Source of the DNA: Felis catus
Taxonomy: Eukaryota
Direction: 5' to 3'
NCBI RefSeq assembly: GCF_018350175.1
Contig: NC_058382.1
Coordinates: forward strand, 61,134,001 to 61,198,000
Length of the DNA stretch: 64,000 nt
Part shown: positions 13,073 to 24,529 of the stretch, in pieces
Layout of the letters: each line of letters begins with the position of its first letter
How positions within the stretch are numbered: the stretch's first letter is position 1
Notes under the pieces: model-generated
What the model saw: only the letters and a program-made list of their open reading frames with translations
The model's database searches: none
Told to the model about the DNA's origin: nothing
Program-made: the position numbers and the translations under genes

Positions 13073-13851
13073 ATAAACAAGGCGTCACTGACACAACTGG
13101 CACCAGGCACCAGGGTTTAAAGGAGAAATCGTGCAGCTCTGGCCTCAACGACCCAGCAAGTCAGTCCTTGGGTCAGGGACACAGTGACAAGTGGAGACAG
13201 TAAGGAGAACAGGCAGAAGGCACTTCCCGGCATGTGCTCCAGAGGAAAGCTCGCTGCGCAGACGCACCAGCCCCGGTTCCTACAGGCCCAGCGCCCAGGC
13301 CCTGAGCAGACAGTAAATAATCGATCCCTAGCGTGAGTGCAGGGGTGGGCAAAAAGACGAGACAGCAAGAAGGGAGGAAGACCGCAGAAACTCCCCAAAC
13401 GCCCACACCCGTCAGTCCGGGCACGTTGTCTGAAGGAGCGACAGCTTTCTCACTGTAAAAACCCCAACCAACATCGTCACAGAAAGCCGTATTATGACGA
13501 GAATTCTAGTTTCTGAACCAATGCGCCCCACCTCTCCACTGACGTTTACAAGCCTTAGGCGTGAGCACACTTTCTCTAAGTCAACACTGAAACACGCCTC
13601 CTGGCCCAGATCTGCTGTGCCTAGGTGCACACTACCTGATAGAACTGCAAGGACCTGTAACCCTGACCTGGTTCCCCACTGCTCAGTTTAGAGGAGAAAA
13701 GCAAGAATTAGAGGACTTGTCTGTCTCAAGGTACCCAGAGCGTGCACGGGCAGGATCCACACGATCACCCCAGGAGGACAACCCTGGAAAAGGTTCAGAC
13801 ATCAGCACTCCTTTGTGGACTCCCGCTGGGCAGCTCCTGACTGGAGGAGCC

Positions 13852-13876
13852 GGGGGGGGGGGGGGGGGGGGGGGGG
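13852..13876 (+). repeat. Poly-G homopolymer (G25)
   Basis: Read directly from the sequence. Confidence 0.9.
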
Positions 13877-15039
13877 ACATGACCACAAGTTTCAGTTTCC
13901 CCCAGCTCAGACCAGCCCCTCCCCCGGCGCTGCTGGCTCGCAACCCGAAAGCGGATGGGCACGCAGCCGATCAAAAAGTGGGACCAGTGGCCTCCCACCA
14001 CCTGGAAATACGTACCTACGACGTAAGGCAGAAAAGATGCTGTGGTGCTGGTTACGATGAGAGACAGTTATGGGGAGCAAGGTCATCTAGAACACAAACA
14101 GGGAGGAACCACAAAAGGAAACAATTATTTCGCGGATACAAGTTGCAAGACAACGGAAAGCCACCAAGAGAGATGCAATTTAAGATCCCGAAGGAAATCC
14201 AAACGCTTCTTCCTGGCTGCGACTCCCCAGCTCCTCCAGAGAGGCATCCACAGCCCCTGTACACACGCGGGGGATGCCTGCTATTTACCGTGTACCCGCA
14301 ACGAGAGGGCAGCGAGGTCGCCCCGGAACAAGGCTGCACCGGGAACAACCAGAGCCTGGCGGCCAAAGTCAAGTTGAGGCCCCAACGGCGGTGACGATGG
14401 CTCTGCGGATTCAAGACGCAGCCACTGGATGGTCACTCAGATGAAAGCAAAGGACCGGAACCAGGTTATATGGGCACCAAATGGGCACATGTGCAGATCC
14501 CCCAGACCTGGAGAGCTGCCTCCAGGCCCAGCCCCACCCCCACCTTCCTTTCCCATTAGTGTGCATGCATCCCGGCAGGAAGGTGACCATATCTCACGCC
14601 CACTAGCACCATGCGGGAACTTCCCATGCTGCGTGTCTGTCAACCCCAGCTCCCAAAGAAGGAGGCACTCCAGCGAAAGCAAATGTCGAGACCAAGTATC
14701 TAAATGGTCCCCTGTCCGTCCCAAATCCAACTCAGGGAAGAATGATCTCCAAGGCTTCCCTGAAGAGCCCAGGCTTGTCTCACACCCCACCCTCAAGCCC
14801 TGAGTCCTGGAGCACGGGGAAGGGACCGGCAGTGCTGCTCCAGCCACGACCAGGGAGAGCCTGCCGCGAGGTGCCCAGAGCTACCCACTCACGGCCTTCC
14901 AGAGTTCCAGGGTGGAGGGATACGCAGGCACACCTCAGGAAGAAGGCTAACTTGTCTGGGGACATGTTCTCCCCTCACTTGCTCTGAAGCTGGTGAATCG
15001 TCAGTCACCCTAGGTGTCTCCAAACACGGCTGAGATCCG

Positions 15040-15400
15040 TAACACAACACCTATCTCCACACGCCAGTACGGAAAACCAATGACAAAAACTGAACTCCAG
15101 AGATCAGGGGCAGACGGTCAGAGCGGTGCCTCTGACCAGATTCAATACAGGGGGCTGGCACAGAGAGGGGTGACTGGGGTGGGTGGAGGGTCAGAGGAGG
15201 ATGAAAACATTCACTGTGGAAAGGGACAGGGTAGGTCTTACAAGGTTTCGTCACCAGAAACCTGTGGCTCCGTGAGGTGATGGATGCCGGGTGAACTCGC
15301 TGTGGGGTCATTTGAAAACAGACATCGAATCGCCACCCTGCACACCGTGAATGTCTGCAGTGATACACGTCACTGTATCTCAATGACACTGGAGGGAAAG
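15040..15400 (+). mobile_element. L1 3'UTR fragment (L1MA/MB-like)
   Basis: gtgaggtgatggatg...tgtggggtcattt...tgcacaccgtgaa...tatctcaat resembles the L1 3' terminus. Confidence 0.65.
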
Positions 15401-16008
15401 ATCATAAAAACTTTAAAAGGAGGAAGGGACAGGAAATGACGTTTTGCGTCCTCTCACCTCACTCAGGTGGCCCCTGGCCCGACACTTTGTAGCAGCCTAC
15501 ATGTACTAACCGCAGAAATCATGGCTCACATTCAGCAGCCAGAACTGTGGGGGGCGGGGGGCCCTGCCCCGGCAGGTGTGGGCCCGGGGGGGGGGGGGGG
15601 GTGAGGGGACACATCAACAGGTGGCTTTCCATGGCAGTCTGTATGAAAGAAGGGAGAGCTTCCAGATCATAGTAACAGTCAAAAAGGGAACTCGAGACTC
15701 TTGCCCTGTGGTCTTTACAAAATGATAAAACACCCACCTGTTCGCTTCCTCAAGCAGCAGGGAGGGCGTACCACCTCCGGGAAGAGTGTGCCCTCGAGAG
15801 CCCTAGCTGTGATAAAGCACCCACTTCACTGGAAGTCAGGCCGCAGAGTTGCTGGCCAGCAGCACGAGGGGAACGACAAGAGAGAAGGCAAGGTCAAGTC
15901 AAAGGACATCCAATTCCAATTTCCTTCAGAAACGCAACTTATTCCCAACTATTAAACAAACCAAACAGGTATTTAATGGCATTTGTAACTTACCATCTTC
16001 ATTCTTGA

Positions 16009-16208
16009 TTTTTTCATGGTTATCTATTTTGAGAGACAGCGTGTGTGCAAAAGCAGGAGAAGACCGGCGGGGGGGGGGGAATCCCCAGCAGGCTCCACGC
16101 TATCAGCACAGAGCCTGATGTGAGGCTCAATCCCACGAACTGGGAGATCATGACCCGAGCCAAAACCAAGAGCTGGACGCTTAACCGACTGAGCCCCTCA
16201 GGCGCCCC
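16009..16208 (-). mobile_element. CAN-SINE (SINEC)
   Basis: Reverse-complement SINE ending gagcccctcaggcgcccc. Confidence 0.92.
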
Positions 16209-16280
16209 TCTCTCCATTATTTTCTACCCAGTCCACCGAGTTATTTGAGAAAACACTAACTGTTTTGTAGGCCACCTTAC

Positions 16281-16318
16281 AAACAACACTTTCCTGATGT
16301 TGTTCTGCTGTAACTTTT
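16281..16318 (-). other. Candidate 38-nt cassette microexon in intron 2
   Basis: ttctcttgaaatttgttttcag|AAAAGTTACAGCAGAACAACATCAGGAAAGTGTTGTTT|gtaagg: good acceptor and a GTAAG donor. Confidence 0.3.
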
Positions 16319-17242
16319 CTGAAAACAAATTTCAAGAGAAGGTTCCAAAACGTCCCATTTTCCACGGCTAAGGAAAGGTCTCCAGTGGTTTACAACGGGA
16401 ACGTGTGAATGGACAACTTGCTCGCACACAAGGACGGAGACCTTTCTGGTCCGCCCCACGGGCCACAACCAAACAGAGGCCATTCCACTCAGGAGGCTCT
16501 TGGCCTCTGGCCATAAAGCGACCACCCACCTGACCAACCTCCCCCCCCAACTGAGAAAACTGCAAGTCAACAGCCGCCATCTCTGCTCCTCCCTCTCTGG
16601 ACAGAGGGGGAGGCATGAGAAGAGCCCAGAGAAGCCGAGTGTCCCCAGGGCTGGCCCACGAGCTGCTCTTTGCGGCCTCTTCAGCTCCACTGAGTGAGAA
16701 TGGAGAAGCCAGAGGCACCGTTCAACAATAAGTATGATCAAAGGACTGCATTTTCCTTCTTCGCTCACTTTCAAAGACTTCAGAAATATAAATTCATTTT
16801 AGAACAGCCCGTCAGCCACGGCCTTTGGAAGAAAACAATCCTATTCGGCACTATTCTTCATTTTTGGTAACAGAAAGCCCCGTGCTGGCAGGGAGGTGGC
16901 CATGTGAAGAACCCACAGAAGATAAGGCACCCCCAGGGGACCGAGAAGCCGGTGCCGCAGCTGGAGGCTAGGGTTAGGCTGCCCTCCAGGAGACCCTCTC
17001 TCCATCCAATCGCCCAGGGGCTTATACAGGAAGGACTATGCCCCAGACACAAACTGGGGACAGCCAACTGTCTCCAGCACTTTCATTCATTCTCATTACT
17101 GCCCAGGCCATGAACTACCCCAGGGTCTCCAAACCTCTACAACAGACCTCAGAGGGTCAAACCTGAATATTTTAGCAAATCTCATTAAAGCAGAGAAGGA
17201 AGTCTAAGCCCTCCCAACTGGCTTTAAAAAGTTAAGGAACAT

Positions 17243-17450
17243 GGGAGGGCTCCTGGGGGTTCAGTCGGTTAAGCGTCCGACACTTGGTTTGAGCTCAGGT
17301 CATGATCTCACGGTTCGTAGGCTCGAGCCCCACGTTGGGTTCTGCTCTGACAGCACGGAGCCCGCTTGGGATTCTCTCTCTTCCTCTCTGTCCCTCCCCC
17401 GCTCATGGTCTTTCTCTCCTCTCAAAATAAATAAACTTAAAAAAAAAAAA
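17243..17450 (+). mobile_element. CAN-SINE (SINEC)
   Basis: Full element; TSD aaaaagtta(a/t)ggaaca. Confidence 0.93.
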
Positions 17451-18954
17451 AGTTATGGAACACAATGTCAACCATGTCATGGAAAATCACTGGCTTGGTC
17501 ATATCTGCCTGTGAAAGAAACAAAGGGGCGCCAGGGTTTCCTCACTCCTCAGATTTTTCATTTTTCTAAGTAAAGCCCTTACTGATTAAAACACACTGGA
17601 CTTCAGGTGAACAATTTATCTACTTTTAATGTGGGCCAAAAAATAATCCCCGCTGCAAGGTTTTCTATTAACGTAGTGACCAAATGTAACCACGGATTCC
17701 TGCAGAGAACCCCACTTTCAAAAGCCAGGTGGCTAAGAGCCACGAGGCATATACCGCTGGTTACACAGGCGATCCCGGAGAACCTGCCCGAGCTTGTCCC
17801 TGCCACCCTCGCCCTCCACACGAGGCTCCCATCCCTCAGACCTGAGACGTGGGAGCGGCACGGCCCCCAGCACCAGGACGGCCCGCAAGGCCTCGCCGCC
17901 CACAAGGCACCCTGTCCTCGGCCGTGGGCCGCCCCCGGAGGACATGGCACAGCTCTGGGGCGGGGGAGGCCCGGCCTTCCCTGGGAGGGTAGCTACAAGC
18001 ACGGGGCACTCGGAGCTGCCGCGCTCACCGCTCATGCCCGCCGGGGAACCTGCGGGACACAAGTAACGACAGAGGGGCAAGTCCTGATCTAGTGACGTCA
18101 CCTCTCGCCTTGTGGCAGGTGGAAAGAGCAGATACTTTCACGAGTCACCAACGTTTTCACTTAAGAAAATACGGCCCGACCAGCACGGATTACAGCAGGC
18201 CAGAACAGAAACCACAGAGTCATTTTCAGATGACACAATGACTTCTTTTAAACAGCGAGTTCCTAAAATGGAAGCCCGAGGTGAGGACCCCGTTCCATCA
18301 CTGGCCAGGCTGCAGGCAAGGGGACGTCTACTCACAGTCGTGTGCCCCAGACGCCGGAATCACCCCTAGGACGCCCCAGGTCAACAGGCAGGAAGGGCTG
18401 CGTGACGCGTCCACACAGCGCCTTCCTTGCAGAGCCTCCCGGCGCCCGCACGGTCCACGCCGGGGGCCCTCCACGTCGTCCTGGAGGGCAAAGAAGCCGC
18501 AGAAGGCCGTGTGAAGCACCAACAGACAGCCATCCAGATGGGTGGAGCGCGTGCGACGCGCACACAGGGCGTGTGGGAAGCGCGGCTCCACAGGCTGACC
18601 CAGAAGGGCGGGGAGAGACGGGCCAGGCCGACCGGCCGGCGCAATCGGGCAGCAAGGCCCAAGCGAGGAAAGGCGCACACCATTTCTGGGACGTGACACC
18701 AAGTTAAGAAAACCCCAGCAAGTCTGCTGAGTAATGCAGGTGGAATGTAAACACGGGGACAAGGGGCAGGAGGCCGCTGCTGGCTACCACGAGCCGCCTC
18801 CTGAGGGGAGGGGGGGGGTGGGGGCTTTCGGGGTTCACCCTGTGCAGCTGTGAGTTTGAGGCACTTCTATTAAGACTGTACTCAGCTTGTGGACCACTGC
18901 CGTGAACAGCCAGTTGGGGGAACAAAGCCTGCACTCACCTACTGGGTTCTTTAA

Positions 18955-19190
18955 AATAAAATTATTTTGAACTAATTTAAACTTACTACAAAAGCGCAGA
19001 GTTCCTGTATACCTTTCAGTGGGCTTCCCCTGATGTTACCATCACACGTAATCACAGTAAAATTATCCCCAACTCCAAAGACCCACAGACGCCACGCTAC
19101 TAAAAAAGCACAGACCTGACTCCAACGTGACCATCCCACTCTGGTCCAGGCTCCACGCTGCTCTCAGGGTCGGGCTCCCCAGTCCCCCGG
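18955..19190 (-). mobile_element. L1MC-like 3' end fragment
   Basis: ttattttgaactaatttaaacttac...gagttcctgtatacctttca...cttcccctgatgttaccatc is the reverse complement of the L1MC terminus. Confidence 0.65.
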
Positions 19191-20014
19191 CTGAGTTACT
19201 TTTTAATGCTATAAAATGAAACAATACTTTGTAAAATTACATGAAACAGACCGAAAGCAGTCTCAGCTTTGCCTGCAGGTCTGCCAAATGAGCAGAGTTT
19301 ACAAGAAATCCTCAAGAGGATTAAAAAGCCAGAACGCTACGTGTGCGTGTCAGCGGGAAATGTTTAGATCCGAGAAGACACGGTTTGAAGGAAACCGTCC
19401 AGAGGCCTGTAGAAGCCCCCTGGGGTCTTGGGCGAGCAGGAATCAGCTCACCACCAGCAGGCGAGGAACCACTTACAGGCGAGAAGCAGGGCCTGCTGGG
19501 CTCCGACGGCCAGAGAGCAGCAGAGGCCCGGGGGTGGGGGTGGCCGTCTAGCCCAAAACTGAGCCAGGCCCCGGCCTGCCTCACAGATCCTAAAGGCAAG
19601 CCCTGTAAGGAGCAAACTGTTTCCAAGAACTAACTGGATCCTAGAACAAAGCTCAGGAAGATTTTCAGGAACATGAGACTGCGTAGCAAGCACCCAAGGA
19701 GGCAAAACTGGATGCCTGGCCTCCAGATACTCCTAGACGTGGAAGCTGGAACAACGGCACAAAACATATACGCGTACGTGCCGACATAAAGAAACAAAGA
19801 TGTGCTAGAAGACACACGCCTTCCCCACGAGATGCCCCCCTCCGCCTGCACAGGCGCAGGGCTCCAGGCTTGCTCTGGAGGAAGGGGACGGAAGGGGGCC
19901 AGGACTGCATGGGGCAGGAACCTGGCAGTCGCCCCCGTGGCCAGGCGGCCGAGGCTAGCACCCACAGGCCATGGTGACAGCATGCACTCTCAGACCGGAT
20001 ACGAGGAGAGGGCA

Positions 20015-20447
20015 CGCCCCTCTCTGGTCCTCTCTCCCCCAAACCAAAACCCCCGTCTACGAAGAAAGCATCAGACAAACCCAAAGACAGGACATCCTAC
20101 AAAACACTAGCTGGAGCTCCTCCAAACCGTCAAGGTCACAATGACCAGAAGAGACTGAGAAACGGTCCGGCCCAGAGGAAACCAAGCTTAGCGAGGACAC
20201 GGGACGATTCAGTGTGCTGGGTGGGGCTCGGGCCAGAGAAGGGACGTCAGGGAGGAACGGAGGAAATGGGAATCAAGTCTGCAGGTGGGGTGAGCAGCAA
20301 GGCACTGATGCTGGCTGCTGTTTTAAGGAACGTGCCGTGGTGACGTGACACGCTGGCTACCAGGGGAAGCTGGGAGAGAGGTTTACAGGAATTCTCTATT
20401 ATGTTTACAACTTTTCCAGAAGTCTGAAAGTCTTCCAAAATAAAAGG
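20015..20447 (+). mobile_element. L1MC4/5-like 3' end
   Basis: catcagacaaacccaaa...gacatcctacaaaa...gtcaaggtca...ggggaagctggg...caacttttccagaagtctgaaagtcttccaaaataaaag. Confidence 0.8.
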
Positions 20448-20645
20448 TGTGTCCAAAAATTACCCCCAGGCATTTTAAGAAATATAACACATACCCCCAG
20501 GCATAATAAAGAAAACACAACACAAAGTAAGAAAAACCAATCAAGTGAAACCAGCCCAGAGCTGACAGAGAGGGCCAAAGTAGCAGACTCAGACATTAGT
20601 CCGTTACTGCACATCTGGGCTCCCAGGCTCCAAAAAGCAGCTAGA

Positions 20646-20891
20646 GGGGCGCCTGGTGGCTCAGTCGGTTAAGCGGCCGACTTCGGCTCAGGTCATGATC
20701 TCACGGTCAGTGAGTTCAGGCCCCGCGTCGGGCTCTGTGCTGACAGCTTAGAGCCTGGAGCCTGTTTCAGATTCTGTGTCTCCCTCTCTCTGACCCTCAT
20801 GCTCTGTCTGTTCATGCTCTGTCTCTCTCTGTCTCAAAAATAAATAAACGTTAAAAAAAAATTTTTTTTAATAAATTAAAAAAAAAAAAAA
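20646..20891 (+). mobile_element. CAN-SINE, feline SINEC_Fc-like
   Basis: Full head and body, long A tail. Confidence 0.95.
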
Positions 20892-21385
20892 GAGTTTTCC
20901 AGATATACAGAAGCTTCAAGAACCTACGAGAAGCAGAACGGCGCTACAAGAAATGTTGGTGGGGTCCTTCAGCTGGAAGGAGGACACTGGGTGAAAACAG
21001 GAGTCTTCGTGAAAAGTGGGGCACCAGAAATGGCAACGACACAGCCAACACCTCAGACTTCCTTTCGTAGGTGGTCTCTTGTTTAAACAAAACAACGGCA
21101 ATCTAGAATGGAGTTTTGCTACTATAGCAAAGCAAAGTGTAAGAAAACAGTTGCAAAGAGACTGGGTGAGGAGACATGGAAAGGTACCTTTGTCAGGTTC
21201 TTATGCTACGTACGTGGTACTGGACAGCAGGCTGAAGCCCAGTCATGTCAATAATCACAGAAAGTGTCAGTGGTCTAAACCCCTGTTAAACGGGAAAGGC
21301 TGCCAGTTGGATGTCTTTAAAAGGCAAAGCCAACTCCGACAAGGTGGCCTACAAGAAACCCTCTTCAAACATAGAGACAAATTGG

Positions 21386-21579
21386 CGGGGGGCCGGGGAC
21401 TCAGTCAGTCAAGCGTCGGACCCTTGATCTCAGCTCAGGTCATGATCTCAGTTTGTGGGTTCGAGCCCTGTGTCCGGCTCTGCACTCACAGTGTGGAGCC
21501 CGCTTGGGATTCTCGCTCTCCCTCTCTCTTTCTGCTCCTCCTCTGCTCATTCTCCGTCTCTCAAAGTAAATAAACTTTT
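21386..21579 (+). mobile_element. Older CAN-SINE; tail interrupted by the next element
   Basis: Head ggggccggggactcagtcagtc, body gagcccgcttgggattctc. Confidence 0.9.
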
Positions 21580-21783
21580 TTTTTAATGTTTATTATTTGT
21601 TTTTGAGAGAGAAAGAGAGCATGAGCAGGGGAGGGGCAGAGAGAGGGAGACACAGAATCCAAAGCAGGCTCCAGGCTCCGAGCTGCCAGCACAGAGCCCG
21701 ACGCAGGGCTCGAACTCACAAACCACGAGATCATGACCCAAGCTGCAGTCGGACGCTTAACCCACTGAGCCACCCAGGTGTCC
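21580..21783 (-). mobile_element. CAN-SINE inserted antiparallel into the tail of the preceding SINE
   Basis: TSD agtaaataaactttt at 21565-21579 and 21784-21798. Confidence 0.95.
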
Positions 21784-24303
21784 AGTAAATAAACTTTTAA
21801 AAATAAATAAGGACAAACTGTTTAATCTGAAAAAAATGGAAAAGGATGCATGCTAATCCTAGTCAAAAGAGAGAACAGGCAGTTTAGTATCAGAGTAGAC
21901 AGCAGAGCCAAGAGTATCACCAGAGGTAAGGTCACTTCATAGTGAGAAAGAGGCAGAGTCATCAAGGCTGTGACAGCCTCAAATGCACGAGCCGCTAACA
22001 ACTGAGCTTCAAGATAACTGAAGCAGAAACTGATAGAGCTGCAGAGAGAAATACACAAAAACTACCAACCTCGCCACAGAGCATCTGTAAGGAGGGGGAC
22101 TGCCCACCCCTGAAGGACAGTAATGAGACTCGTGACCTGGACAGTGGGTTTAGGGTAGATTCCCCCCTTTTCGTGTTTTATTGTATTTTCTACAGTAGGT
22201 GGAAAAGGGAAATAAGAAAAACCATGTTTGTTTCTTTTCTGAGAACTTCATAGTGGACCTCTTGGCCCATTTTCTAAACAAAAGGACAGCATGGGGCACA
22301 GGCTGAGGTGCCCAGGTCCCAACTGAGGAACATTCGCTGAGGATCGGCCTGCAGGCTGCCGTGACTGCACCGCAGAACCTGGCTGCACAGGCTGGTCTCT
22401 AATCTGGCAGGGGACAGCCATCAGAAGTGACCCAACACCATCACCAAGCTTGTCGTCATCGACAGCCCCGTGCCCAGGGCCTACCTGTGCTGCTGAATGC
22501 CGAACTCCTGGACCAGAACACTCCCTTAAGGGTGCTTTTTTCTGAACACGAAGTTGGGGGGGGGGGGGGACGACGACCCACTGGAAACAGATTTTAGCCA
22601 ATTCTGTTACCTAAGCAACAAAACATTCTTGAGAGTGAACCTGTGTCTGACCTCCCCTGGTGACCCCTCCTAGCATCTGAAATAAATGAGTGGCCCTCTG
22701 TCATGCCATTTAGCAAAGGCATTTGGATACCAATTTACTCCTTCCTCATGGACCTCAGATCTGACAGAGCTTGAGTTTGATAAAACCAAGTAAACAAGAT
22801 GCTTCAGCATCAACTCTGAGGAACGACTAGACAATTATCTCAAAGCAACTATGGGCACGAGCCCATACCCATTCCAAAAGCACTTCCCCCGCAACCCTGT
22901 ATCTGCTCCAGGCCCCCTCCCCCACTCCAGCAAGAATCAGGGGGCAGGGTCAGGGGGAGAGGGGGCAAGGGTGTAGCTTAATCCATACAGGAAAAGCTGG
23001 GAAAAACTAAAAACTGTTCATGGTGACACATAAATGAGTGAAGTGAATGAGCAAAGGGGCATCCAAGGGTGTGACGGAGCCCTGTCCCAAGAGCTGCGTG
23101 CCTCGGGTCTGAATTCACTCAGCTCTGCTACAGCCAAGGAGAAGCCTGGGGACGTCTTCCATTCAGGTTCACTTGTTCTGTCCCTGTGGAGCCCACCCCT
23201 CTCGCCCCCGCCCCTGAAGGAAGTCAACTTTACAGGAGGTGGGGTGGCACAGCCCACAAAGAAGAAAGGCCTGTTTCGAGCTGAAACAAACAAAAACAAC
23301 TACGAAATAGGGTTTCAAACTAAAGCCTCGCCACAAATGTTTGGAAATTAAACGTGGCTCTTGGATTCTTCGGAGTGGGCTTCAGTCTGAAAGACAACTT
23401 TGCTCTTGCTTCTTGAGACTATTTGAAAACCCTAAAATTGCATGGGGAAAAATAACACGAAGACTGTATGAGCTACACTTATTACGAGGTTTACATGTGT
23501 AATAATGTGCAGATTAGAACACAGGCATCTCATTTCCCAAAACAGGAAAGGACCTAGGATCCTGACACATTATCCGTTCAAAGAATCTATGATGGCAGGA
23601 GAAATTACTTGTATACCTTTCTTTTAATTTCTTAAAGAAAAACATCAAACCTGCTTGCTGAGATTATTACGTCATGCTAGGGTGAGTCTGCTGGTTTGTT
23701 CTGTCATAAACCAATCCCCCTTCATTTCCCTGCCCCTGCTCCCTGTGTGCACAAGCGCCCACACACGCACCTGCACACGTCCGGTCCCGAACGGTCTCAC
23801 GAACCCTGGACACCCCTTGCCAGGGCCCCTTTTCCCGCAGGCGCCTCAACTCCATGGCGCCCAAACCACAGCTTCTCCAATCATCTCCTCCTTCCTGTGT
23901 CTCCTGTCTCCACAGGGCGCCACTGTCCTTCTGTGGCCGCACCTCAGGATCTGCTTGCCCTCCTTCCAAGCCCACATTCTGGGAGGCCCTCCCTCAGGCC
24001 CTCAGTCCCCGAGCAGCCATGGAGTCAGAGACTCTTGCCTGCCTCCCGGGCTCCCTGACCCACAGCCCTCTTGTAACACATGCTCCTGTTTAGCCCCCTT
24101 CAGGACGCCTCCTGGTCCGGCACTCGGCGCGCACTCTGGGTAACACATGCCACACCTGGAGACCCGGCCAGCTTTTACACGGCATCTTGCACTACCAGAG
24201 GCTACATATTTACTCAACAGGAGGAAATACGTCAACGAGAAGTTCCATTTTTATGTGTACAAAAAAACTGATGCCTAAGAGGAATCACAAAGAAAGTTCT
24301 CTA

Positions 24304-24529
24304 GGGGCGCCTGGGTGGCGCAGTCGGTTAAGCGTCCGACTTCAGCCAGGTCACAATCTCGCGGTCCGTGAGTTCGAGCCCCGCATCGGGCTCTGGGCTG
24401 ATGGCTCAGAGCCTGGAGCCTGTTTCTGATTCTGTGTCTCCCTCTCTCTCTGCCCCTCCCCCATTCATGCTCTGTCTCTCTCTGTCCCAAAAATAAATTA
24501 AAAAAGTTGAAAAAAAAAATTAAAAAAAA
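24304..24529 (+). mobile_element. Young feline SINE (SINEC_Fc-type)
   Basis: Diagnostic gtggcgcagtcgg...cttcagccaggtc...ctgggctgatggctc; perfect 15-bp TSD aaagaaagttctcta at 24289-24303 and 24530-24544. Confidence 0.96.

Larger units (their letters stand above)
20480..22075 (+). mobile_element. Degraded L1M ORF1 and ORF2 (endonuclease) fragments, interrupted by three SINEs
   Basis: ORF1-end motif gctacaagaaatgttg...tccttcagctggaagg at ~20945; ORF2-start motifs tcaataatcaca...ggtctaaac...ctacaagaaaccctcttcaaacatagagaca at 21240-21380, continuing at 21810-22070. Confidence 0.65.
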
